Assembly (NCBI RefSeq): GCF_000002075.1 | Contig: NW_004797358.1 | Location: forward strand, 1,433,825-1,497,824 | Reading direction: 5' to 3' | DNA length: 64,000 nucleotides | Source of the DNA: Aplysia californica | Lineage: Eukaryota | Shown: positions 33,237 through 56,100 of the stretch, piece by piece | Position numbering within the stretch: the first letter of the stretch is position 1 | Layout: each line of letters starts with the position of its first letter | Position numbers and translations under genes: made by a program | The notes under the pieces: generated by a model | Told to the model about the DNA's origin: nothing | What the model saw: only the letters and a program-made list of their open reading frames with translations | The model's database searches: none

Positions 33237-34063
33237 CAGTGGAGTCCACTTATAACGAGTCCTGAAACAACGAGAAGTCTGTTATAAAGACACTGTTCTA
33301 AAACCCCGTTTTTTCCCCTTCTTTATCTTTGTAAATAAAATACTACTATAGCGCAATCGGACAACCAGGGGAGTCGGTTATAACGGAATATTGCTGCTGC
33401 TGTGCACAGCGCACAGGCCAGTTACACATATAAACCTCGCCAGGTGAGAAACTTGTAGGTGATCTAGCGAAACCTAAGATCTCACATCAACTCCTTGAGC
33501 GAAATAAAGAATAGGAGAGCCCCTGTTTGCCAACAATGAAGGTCGGAGCGAATGAGTGAGGAGGGTGCGGTAAGCGCGGACAAGCAGAACTCATCGTGTG
33601 ATAGGCCAGCCTAGTCTAGATTATCTAGGCCTACCACTACCCATGCCCTCACTTCTCTGATGCGAGGATGGAGAGGTCACAATGCTGTGATGGATGAAGT
33701 GAATGTGTAGTAACGTGCACAAGCAGACGAAACACACCACTGTGTGTGATGGGGTGGGGGACAACACAGAGGGCGAGTTAGCCCAGAGCGCATTCTTTCT
33801 GATCGCCAACGCCGTGCTGTCAACATCGCTAGCGCTTGAGAAAGAAACCTGATTTGATTTTTTGATCAAGTAAGACCCAGAGGTCATGTTAAACAATGTC
33901 ATCATCAAATAAAAAAAAGAAATAAACAAAACACCAAACTAATAGATTAGGCCTACTTCATTATTTCCATTCAATTTATTACTGGATTCCTTATAACGAG
34001 AATCCTGGTATAACGGACATTTCGCACCGGTCCCCTACCTCTCGTTATAACAGGATTCCACTG
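33237..34063. mobile_element. pogo/Tigger-like MITE
   Basis: TA TSD; TIR CAGTGGA(G/A)TCC..TTATAACGAG; subterminal TATAACG repeats. Confidence 0.8.
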
Positions 34064-34930
34064 TAGTCATCAGGGTACTGCTAATTTTTATTGGTTCAAG
34101 GAGTTCAAGGAGTTCAAGGAGTCCGAGATACAGCGGTAGAATGCGTACTACTATGAGGCAGTTCGGGCATCGGCCAGGCCAAGGGCCCTTTTAAGAGCTA
34201 AAACAATGAAAGTACGATAGCCAAATCACCTACAGCTGTCGCTCTTCTCCGTGTGGAGTTGTTACCTGCCTGGTGCAAAATAAAACTGATTAAAACCGTT
34301 TTGGTGCTTCTTCGACTGTGTCATGGGTACCTCTAACATATATAAAACCCATATATATCTCTCTGTTGGCTACTGTTGAGCCATAATCCGAAATCTCTTC
34401 CAATACCATCTGTTAAACACAAGGGGCCTATTATACATATATTTGTGTCATTATTGAAAGCAGTGTATGTGTGTGTGTGTGGTGTGTGTGTGTGTGTGCG
34501 AGTGTGGCTTAGCCGCTTAGATAGTTAGATCTAGCTTCAATTAAAATTACGAGTTTCCTTTTTTTTAAAAAGTTGATTTGCTTAAACATACTGTTAATCG
34601 TTTTCCGATTTCTTTTTTAAATTGGAGAGAGCACCTGCCTTTTTTAGGGGGGTGGGGGGGGGGGGGGGGTGGGTGGGTGTTCAGACATCAGAGGAGATTT
34701 TTGTTCCTTGTTGGAGGAGGGGTTGAGGGCACACAGGGTCTTTTTAGAGCGTCTTTATTCTGTTTGGGGAGTAGGCCTACAGAGTTTTGTTGTGTGGCGT
34801 CAGCTTCAGTTTATTTATTAAAGCACACTTTCCCATCTGTCTATCTTGGGCTGAAAGGAATACAACACAATGCTCCAGAAGAAAGAGAAATCAAAAGAGA
34901 AAAAAAATCGAACAAAAACCACTGCAACAA

Positions 34931-36360
34931 GGGGCCGTTCAAATATAATCTTACGCCTGGGAGGGGGGGGGGGGGGGGTCTTTGGCTCCTGTAAGAAAAG
35001 TGTAAGTGTGTGAAAAAATATTTTCGACAAAATGATGAACTCTGCATACGTGGATCATAACTGATTTCTCTTTTTTTTCCAGCATAAATGATCAGTAATA
35101 ACAGAGATACAGTGGAATCCTGATAAAGTCAACTTTTGCTTTTTTTGTCCCGTTTCTTACCTTCTTTGTTTAAGTTTAAGTTATTGTGTTTCTGATACAG
35201 TCAACCGCTTGAGTGTTAACCTTTCGTAAAGTCAACAATTTGCGGCTAAATCCTAAGATGAATTCATTCAAGAAGAGATATTTCGCCTGAGCAAGTGGTG
35301 TACACACCTCCAATTACATATTATGTACTTTGTTCTTTCATTATCTCTTGCTTTGGTGACAACTTCAGAATTATACTCCCTGAAATTGAGATTACATCTT
35401 GCTTATTACCAGGTACTTTGTAATTTTGTAGCTGTCATCTTCAATTTTCAATGGCCAGTAGTACAATAGATAAAGTCAAACTTGCTCAAAGTCAACCCTT
35501 TTTTTCTGTCCGGGGTGTTGACTTTATCAGAATTCCATTGTAACTTTAAAAAAATAAAAAATTAAAGCGCTTTTGTCAAAGACACGAGTCTCAATTTTTT
35601 CCTTTTTATTAGTAAGAAAGAGAGTGTATGCAATAATTTCCTTGAATGATTTACTCTAATTGTGAGGCAGCGTGGTGAAATCAGGCGCTCGTCAAAATAA
35701 TGAAAGTGAAAAAAAATGGCACTTTTCCGCATGTTTGGGAACTTTTATTGAATTTTTTTTTTCGCGCTAAACACTTTTTACGTCCATACTGAAAAACATT
35801 CATTACATGCACAAAATTTGTGATTTTTCAGTTTTAAAGGCTCTCAAGCTATTGAAGTTATCAAACTTTGGTGGCTGTTTTCTCACGAAATTTACCTCTG
35901 AAATCAGGTGACCCCACCTCCTTCAATCACAATTATTTCGACTTCTTTTCAGCATAGATGAATATTGTTTTCATCAAAAGGAAGGCAAATGGACAGGCTG
36001 TAAGATGATATCAATAACTCTGTATGCCTCAAAATCAAAACTGACGAGCGCTTGATCCCACCAAGTCGTGACACCTATTATTTTTTAGTGCATATATTAT
36101 TATATATTATGTGCATGCATATATGTGTGTATGCATGTTTTTCATGAACATTATGCAATGCGCTTAGAGCAATGATTGTTTTACGGATTTGCGCGATATA
36201 AATAATGTCATATTATTTTTAGCATTATAAGCAAACAATGTAATATTACGGGGGGGGGGGGGGGGGGGGGAAGGGTAAGGGCAAATGTAAGAAAAGTGTA
36301 AGAAAGGGGGGGTGGTAAAAAAGTCCACAAAAAGGTGTAAGATTATATTTGAACAGCCCC
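34931..36360. mobile_element. PIF/Harbinger-like MITE with two nested MITEs
   Basis: TIR GGGGC(C/T)GTTCAAATATAATCTTAC, 3-bp TSD CAA. Confidence 0.7.
35110..35540. mobile_element. pogo/Tigger-like MITE (nested)
   Basis: TA TSD; TIR CAGTGGAATCCTGATAAAGTCAAC. Confidence 0.8.
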
Positions 36361-36562
36361 CAAAGATGCAGGTACCAAACTGTAGATCTCAGACTGGGAA
36401 CAAGACTGTGGCCAAGTCCAAATCCCATGATAATGGGTTGGTTCTGAGCGAACTGAGGAAATCGGAAAAAAGGTGCATTGCTAAGCTGTTTTTCTGCACT
36501 TTACAAGAAAGGACTTAAGCTTAGTTTTGTTTTCAGATCTTGTTTATAAAGGCTTGAACCCT

Positions 36563-36944
36563 TTAGTTTAGTTTAGTACAGATTTTACAGCGCTCGCAAC
36601 TGCATAAGGTCACATGAGTGCCAAGGGGTGGATGTTAACAGAGAAGTCCTTACAGGGAATCAGACTTACTCAGCTCACCTCTCTAGCACAAAGTCTGTTT
36701 CAACTTTCAAGACAACCTGGAAATAGCGGGTCACAAGAGTGTGACAAACATACAAAAGAAGTAGAGGAAAATGACAATAGTAAGGATTAAGAAAGAAAAA
36801 GCAGCAGTTCCCAGTTGTAGTTCAGGCACAGTTATGAGCATGACATTGTTGAATTAGCCCATTTACAATTCTACTGTGCATAAGAACGAGAAATGGCCTA
36901 AAGACACTTCAGTCACTTCAGTCGGTGGCACTGCCGCGGGGGGT
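36563..36944 (-). mobile_element. Family A retroposon, full length
   Basis: Same 5' ACCCCCC start; (CTAAA)n tail; degenerate 13-bp TSD. Confidence 0.8.
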
Positions 36945-38741
36945 AGGCTGGGACTCTGATTTCGAATGACTTTTAACTCATTGATATAAGGGCATTGACT
37001 TTGACATGAAAGACAGCGTTCTGAGAATTCCTCTTCGAGCGTTCTTGTCACTTGTCAGTGGGATGTTTGAAGAGTTCTTTTTGACTTTCCACCCACTTGG
37101 TTCGGTCTAGTAGGAGATGGACATGAAATAGGAGGTCCTGCGTCTGGCTCTTTTTTTAACATACCCAGACTCAGGAGAACTTTACTTCGATTTTTAAAGC
37201 AAAAGGAAGGGACAATACTGCGAGCCAGTCTATGTTTTGAGTACTCAAAAAAGCAATCACTCACACAGCGCTGATACCAATCATAGAGCAGGAAGAAGTA
37301 AACACAAGAGTAGAAAACACACTTCAGACAAAACACAGGCACATTCGATTCACTAGAGATGCTGCACACCATTGGGAGGATTTATTTCAACTATGAAAGC
37401 CTTTTTAAGACTAAAACCATACAGTTTCAATACATTCACTTTCTTTCATGTCACTCAACATTGCACTAGATCCCTTTTTTTTCCACAGCACAACAATCGA
37501 CAAAATATACAAAATGAACTTTGGGGAAAAAAGTAAGCGTCTTGTGGACATGTATCAGCTTCTTGCCAACTCGGTTGGAGGAACAACAGACTCTACAAGA
37601 TGCACACAGCAGACATTCACCTTGATACAGACTTCTGAGGGGTGTGACAATGACATGAGGAACTCAAAAGGCATTTGGACTGAGGTTTTGATCTTCAAGT
37701 TTTGTTGCAATTAGATCAGTTTCATAGATAATTAAAAAATTTGTAACAACTATTAATTAATTTAATCTTATCAAGATGTTTAATTTCATTCTTTTAAGTA
37801 AGAAAGCTATCCATTACCAAAACAGGTACATCTCACTTGATCAAATGACTCTGGTCACCTTGATTAAAGAGGTCCGCATAGCTATATATGCTAGCGTGCA
37901 CCAGCCTACTTAATAGAGCTACCTATTTACCATCAAGTACGGCAGTACACTTAATTGACCTTGTTATTTATCATAAATAAGTTTGATGTGGAAAGCCCAT
38001 GCACTGCTGAAGAAAATGAAATTATTGCCCAATACTGAATTTTGACATGGTTTGCTGAATGATGAAAGTGAAAGGAAGTCACTCCCTGGTTTGTCAGTCA
38101 CAGCAGCTTAAAAAAATGGCACATACACTAGTTTTGCTCCACAAAAGCAAGCACAAGATAATATCTTTTGTACACGTCACTAGTATGAAAGAAACAGCAA
38201 AAAGACACTCTTTCTAGGCATGTATTTTGCTTTTCCACGCAGAGAATATAAACTTTGAGACTTATGGATAGAACGGTGTGAAAAATAGCATCTTTCCCTC
38301 CTCAGCGCAAAGGTTGTTTTTGAGTACCGTACCTACCTAAATATATGACAATAATATTGACAACCGAACCAAAGAATTAATTAAAATGCCAGGTGCATGT
38401 ACCTACATATTGCTGCATAGCATAAAGATAACTCAAGACTAAAACTTGGTCCCTACGTGAAAACATCCAAATATATATGTCCACAGAAAAGTAGTACCTG
38501 TACCATAGAATCATTACAAAATTGCAACTACCAACACTTTTAAAACAAAATCATCCAGTACACTCCCTTGAAGTGTATGACATTCAGTTACACATACACA
38601 CATCCAGCACACTGACTGCACAGTGTAAGGCTCTGTCATACGCAACTTTTCAAAACAACGTATGGCGGAGTCTTACACTAAGCAGAGGACATTCAGGTAG
38701 ATCAAACACACTGAAAAACAGAAAAAAACCCCGAATATTTT

Positions 38742-49546
<10,805 letters not shown>

Positions 49547-50106
49547 TGTAGAATATCACTAGATCTATATCAGCCTGGAAACTGTGATATACGATGAAAA
49601 GCAGATCGACTGTCCAAAATGTACAATATCCAGAATTTAAATAACAGTAAAGTTCATAACTAAGCCCTCTGAACTGTCCCGATGAGCTTGAAACAGCAGA
49701 CGGCCCCTGCGAAAGCAATGCAAGGGAGGCAAATAAGAGAAGGCGTCAACCCCGGAAGTAAACAACATTATTTGATCACCATTTTCTTGATAAAAACTTC
49801 TCTATGATTGGCTATTTGTAATGGAAAAGACTAATCACAAATGACGTTACAAGGGGAAAGCCGCTGGATGGGAGACAACTGTGCTCAGACTTCAGACCAC
49901 ATTATTTGGCAAGAAAGAACGGGAACTCGGAACGGGAAAGCCAGAGTGTGTAGTGTGCAGTAGGCCTTTTCTGTTCAATGTTGATGGAACTGACAGACTG
50001 CAGCATGCCGGTGAAAGCATGATTCTGTCTTTCAAGTTGGACTCATATCAGTTGGTCTCAGGGTTTTTAAAAAAACGAATGTAAGCTTTTCACGCGTGAT
50101 TTCAAG
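49547..50106. promoter_or_regulatory. Bidirectional promoter and 5' UTRs shared by TRAPPC3 and RWDD1
   Basis: Divergent ATGs 560 bp apart; ETS/GABP motif CCGGAAGT 49752-49759, reverse CCAAT (ATTGG) 49807-49811, CRE-like ATGACGTTA 49841-49849. Confidence 0.75.
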
Positions 50107-50179
50107 ATGACAGACTATGCAGAAGACCAGAAAAATGAGATTGAAGCTCTTCAGTCCATTTATCCAGACGAAATCGAAA
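50107..50179 (+). CDS. RWDD1: RWDD1 exon 1
   Basis: 73 nt, GTAAGT donor. Confidence 0.94.
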
Positions 50180-53100
50180 GTAAGTTCATTGGCAGACTGA
50201 GAATGTTACAGCCTCAGTATTATTTTACTTTCACTACCGCCTCACGATCAGGTAGCCTATTGAATTGTATAGCCTGGCTAGATATTCATATTATCCATTT
50301 TACACAAATATTGGGAGGACTTCTGGGCTGTGAAGGAGCAACCCCCCCTCCCCCCCCCCAACAAATACAAAACAGTCGAACATGCGAGAGACGGTCACCC
50401 TTTGTCAAGGAGAAAAGTGGCAGTATAAGACAGGTGGCCGTCTTAGGCAGGACTGATCAAGATAAAGAAAACAAACCGTTCTTTTCTGAGGTCCCAACCG
50501 AAGGTAGCCGCATTGTTGTTGTGTTGTTTTCGCTGGGTTTTTTTTCTTATTCTTTTGTTTCTGCTTTGGCCGTCGTTATTCGGACTCGAATAATTGAAGA
50601 TTAGCAGACCACCTGGCATATTATGAGCTGTGTAAAAAACAAACAAAGACCGATTCGTTCAAATACACAAGCCTGTGTCATATCGATTGTTTACCAAGAA
50701 AAAGTTGTGTTGCTATGTAGAATGTAGAGCTGAGCATACGGCAACTTTTGATTCCATAGACCAGCGCACAATTCATTACGTAGATCTACGTCAAGACTAG
50801 CTTATTATTGTAATAATGATCAGTTGCCGGGGGGAAAAAGACCGACGCTTATGCGACGTTCAAAGCCCGGACCGATAGTGCCCCCCACCACCCTCCCCGA
50901 CACGCACACAGCCACACGTGTGCAGGCCGCCCATCCGACCCCGACACATGCTAACGAGCCATCTTTAATTGCTTCTGATGACCTCTTGATAAATAAACAT
51001 TTATTAGAAGCGCTATAACTTTTCAGGCCGGCCTCAAATTCATCATAAGATTAAAACTCGGCTCCTGCACAAAACGCCTTTTTGCCCGAAGTGATCCCGG
51101 TCTCTACCCAGCCTGAAGCGAGTCACGAGTGAGGCAGGACAGGAAGCCGGATTCACGACTCACATTCTGCTTTTGTGCAAGGGTGACAATAAAACGAAAT
51201 GTGTCAGACAAGGAGGACCGAGCACTATGGAAAAACAAACACATGGATCGCCACCACTCGGAGAATGAGCGACGCTTCTGTCACAAGTTCATGTTGACGT
51301 CCATTGTGTTACGGACTGGGAAAACAGTGACCACTCATCTCACTTACAATTTGTGTGTATGAGTTCTGGGGAGGGGCTTATGGGTATGAGGGATCTCATG
51401 CTTACCTCACCAGCAGCTAAAAATTTGTTGCCTATAGGTCAACAGTGGGAGGGGCCTACGCTACATGATGACTTATGCATGATTTATAACAAAACGTAAT
51501 GGAGTCACTAAGATGGCCGTCTAAGACAGGTGTTACTGTTTACTGTGATAGGGGTTGTAGGTTAGAATATGGTGGCCGCGGCCGCGTGGGACACGTGCCC
51601 GTTTTTCACAGTTAAATTATATAGAAAAAACGCAAGGGGGAATTGGAAAGTGGCCGTGTCTACAGGTGGCTGTCATGGCAGGTTTGACTGTACAATCGAA
51701 CCTGCCCTGACGGCCACCTCTATAAGACGGCAACCACATTTTTGGCAACCCCTATCACACTAAGCAATAACACCTGTCTTAGACGGCCACCTTAGTGACT
51801 CCATTACGTTTTGTCATAAATTGCGCTTTGGCCCCTGGCGTTGTGGGTGAGCCGTCATAATCCAATCACCTGTCATTGTTGTTAGGTAGTGCCTCCAACC
51901 GATCATGTTGCCTCTCCCAATGTTGACCAATAGGTACCAATTTTCAGCTGCTCGTGAGGTAAGCGTGTGATTCCTCATAACCCGTAAGCCCCGCCCAGAA
52001 CTCATGCACAAATCGTGAGATGAGTGGTCACTGTTTACCCGGTCAGTAACGAAGTAACAATGGAAGTCAACCAAAACTTGTGACCGAAGCGTCGCTCGTT
52101 CTCCGAGTGGTGGTGACCCATGTCTTTGTTTTAACATGGCACTCGGTCTTCCTCGTCTGATACATTTTGTTTTGGCTGGCACTATTTCTCCGAACGTTCT
52201 GGAAAATAAAGCTGGGCACTATTTCTCCGCACACTCTGAAATCACATCCTTTCCCGCAAATTTTGGATATTATATAGAGTATAGACCTACCAAAGATTGT
52301 TCGTATACTGTATGGTTCAATCGGTCCCAAAAATGTCAGCAGTAAATATTTTTTATATAAAGAAATGCTACAGTTCCAAACAGTTTTTCGCTATAGATAT
52401 GACGTGTTGCCTATGAAGGGTGCTGCTCTTAAATTTAATGTGTTGTGTTCACTCGTGTGCTGTCTAGATCTAGATCTACGTGGAGGGTTATTGATAATGA
52501 CACATAGAACTAGCTTCTGCGTTTGTCACGGCCGCGATCATTCAATCGTGGCTCGATTTTTTGGCATTTTGGCATTTTTTGGTCGGGGAATAAAAGTCAA
52601 ATTTAAAAAAAAAAAAAAAAAAAGAAAGAAACCGAACCTCTTTACTTTTGAAAGAAACTTCACTTAGCTTCACTTAGTCTCTTTCTCACTTGTTGTCACC
52701 ACGTTGATTTGTTTAATACGTTACAGTTACTTTTATTTTTCCCTCTTTGATTCTTTGTGGTGTTTTATTTTGTTAGTGTGTAATTTTTTTTCTTGTTATT
52801 GTTCTGATGTGTTGTTTTTCTGTCAATTTTTGTTGTTGGGGACAAACAAAATACAAACCAACAAAAACAACAACCATGCAGCTACTTTTGATTGGAACCT
52901 CAGATGGGAATGGTTTGTTTCTTTCATCTTGATCAGTCCTGCCTAAGATGGCCACTTTTCTCCTTGACATTGGGCGGCCGTCTTACAAGGGTTTGACTGT
53001 ACTTGTAAGGTGACTATCTATTTGGACTCGAGTCCGATACCAAAGTAATAATATTCAGACTCTGAATTGAGTCCAACATGATGTCCGTTCCGACTTCCGA

Positions 53101-56100
53101 CCCTTGTTCGTAAATATTTCCAGCATTTATGATAAATTTCGTTATTATTATGATAATAATCGAGACGTGAGCTTTAATATCCAGTTACTACTAACTAGCA
53201 TAGATCTGTACCGATCACACACTCTCGGCTTGCTGGGGGAAGAGGTGTTGGGAAGAGGCCACAGCTGTCGATTTTGTGCGATGTGATTTTAAAAAAAAGT
53301 AATTACAGAAAAACTATAACGCAACAAAATGAAATTAAACATGTGGAAAGACAAATGTGGTGGAAGTAATGATGATGCTGTAGTGGTGGTGGAAAGACCC
53401 TGAGTTGTCGGTTACCGTGTACAGTCGAACCTGTCCTGACGGCCACCTCTATAAGACGGCCTCCTGTACAAACGGCCACTTTCCATTTCCCCCCTTGCGT
53501 TTTTTCTATATAATTTAACTGTGTAAAACGGGCACCTGTCCAACATGGCCACCATATTTTACCACACAACTCCTATCACACAAAGCAATAACACCTGTCT
53601 TAGACGGCCACCTTAGTGACTCCATTAATTGTCAGAAATCTTGCACTGACCCCTGGCGTTGTGGGCGAGCCATCATAATTCAATCACCTGTTGATGTTGT
53701 TAGGTAGTCCCTCCAACCGATCATGTTGCGTAGGCCCCTCCCATTGTTGACCAATAGGTAACAATACATTTTCAACTGCTGATGAGGGAAGCATGTGATC
53801 CCTTATAACCCATAAGCCCCGCCCAGAACTCATACACAAATACTAAGTGAGATGAGTGGTCACTGTTTACCCAGTCTGTAACAAAGTAACAATGGACGTC
53901 AACATGAAGTTGTTGCAGAAGCGTCGCCTGTTCTCCAAGCGGTGACAACCCATGTGTTTTTTTTACCATGGCACTCGGTCCTCCTACTCCTTGTCTGATT
54001 GTCTTACACATTTCGTTTTATTGTCACCCTTGCACAAAAGCAGCAACAAGAGAAAAAAAAAGAGAAAAAAAACCTAGCGAAAACAACAACATTAACAACA
54101 AAGCGGCTACCATCAGTTGGGAAATCAGACAGGAATGGTTTGTTTTCTTCATTTTGATCAGTCCTGCCTAAGACGGCCACCTGTCTTATACGGCCACTTT
54201 TCTCCTTGACAATGGGTGGCCGTCTTACACAGGTTTGACTGTACTCTTAGACACTGCCGTTGGCCAATTAGAGTGCAGTCTTTTGACTTTGGCACAATTA
54301 CACAGTCCTAGTAGGCAATTCTAGATTTAGTTCTAATTCTGGTTTCACGCAATATTCCCCGACGACAGTATGTAACCTCCGTACACTCACATAACTCACT
54401 AAGAAGAAGCCGAGTCAGAATAAATAAAATATATTTTGCGGACCCGAGTCCGAATAGGCCTAGATAAAACCCATATTCAGACTCGAGTCCGCATAGATAA
54501 AAGATCTAATCCGACTCGAGTCTGAATAGAGCTGGCCAATAGAATAAAGAAGAGTCCTGACCCTGTCCCAATCCCTAACCTTACCCCTACCCTACCCCTA
54601 CCTCTGCCCCTACCCCTAGCCTAACCTTGATCCTAACCCCAACCCTCTATTCTACTCTGTATAGTGGTCGCTCGTTACGGAATTCCTCCCCAAATATTGA
54701 CTTCATTACTTTTACTTTTTCATCTTGTGTTGCCGTTAGGGGTAAATTTTTAGAAACACTCCTGTTTCATAAAGGGTATTATTTTGTAGTCTTTTAGGGC
54801 TTTTTTTAGGGCCCAGAACACGATTTTGGCGTAAAAAAATGACGCAAATGGTTAGTTTAGATGTTACGGCACACCATCCTGAATCCCCCCCCCCCACTCC
54901 CCACTACGCAGCTATTTTGTACTCGCTAGACAGGGGGAGACCCCCTGAAACCCCCCAAATGACTACAAAAGCATGCATAAACAAAAAGACTACTGAGCCT
55001 TAACTTTAAACCTAAATTGACCTTATTCGTCATCCGATGGCACTAAAGTGGTGTAGGAGCTTACTTCCGGTAGTGGATGTGACGCGAGACGGGAGTGATT
55101 CTATAAAAATACCTAGTCGGGTAGGCCTAAGCATCGAGGAGAGATGAAGTTTTAGTTTTCTGTGGTAGGCCAGCTCTGCGGTTCTTTCAATTGGGATACC
55201 TCAGGGTTTCCTTGCCTTCCTCTATCCACCTTTTGGGTGGCCTTCCTCTTCCTCTTCCTTAGTAGCCTGAGCGCTTGTTGTTATAGGGCCAAACCATTTT
55301 ATTCTCTGTTTTTCTAGGATGAAATATCATGAAAGGCAGGCAGGACTCAGTGCCAATGCATAAACCAAACTTTTTACTGTCTCATCTTGTGATGTTGAGG
55401 GTTTTTCTTTTTTTTTTTTTACATTACGGTCACATCTTGTAATCTTGTAAAAGCGTTCACCCTTTTAAAATGGCCACTTTTGTCTTTGACTGTGGGGGAT
55501 TTGACTGTCATCGACCATTTAGACTGCCCTGTATTTTGTTGAATTTTAATTTATGATATAACATATATAGAAAATAAGAATCCCCGGCTTTTCAAGGTCT
55601 CCTTGAGTTTGAGGTGTACTACTGCATTGCATTGACAGCTTAACGGTTGGGCCCGACCTGTGCTTTGCGATGCTTTGACATTGTTTTTATCACTCTGCTT
55701 ATAAGTTAATTTGTTCACATGTTGATGCAATTTTTAGGCTCAGAGGTAATGGTAATGACTCACTGAGTAACCCTAAAGAAGTTTTGATTTCACACGTGGG
55801 GAGGTGTGCCCACATATACGGCTTTCATGCTAGATAAGTTTGATTTTATGATTGAGATTGTGGGAAACAGTGACCACTTTGGTATACCATTATGAGGCTG
55901 GTAGCCCTATATGTGGCCATTATCAAGCTTAACAGAAGGCTGCCCTGCCATGACTACCACCAAAATTTAGCACTGGCACCATCAATACTAATTGAATGCA
56001 CGGGATGACTGGAAAAGTAAACCAACAACAAAAATGAATTGATACTCATTGTGCTATCATAGGCTCAAGATTTTTGCATCAAAATATGTACTCTTGGAAG

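Noticed and set aside
35030-35068. ATGATGA...CTGA C/D-box-like pair
   Set aside because: Only ~35 nt long, intergenic and inside a MITE; too short for a snoRNA
50107-50604. 165-aa ORF from the RWDD1 ATG
   Set aside because: Only the first 73 nt are exon; the rest reads through a GTAAGT donor into intronic MITE sequence
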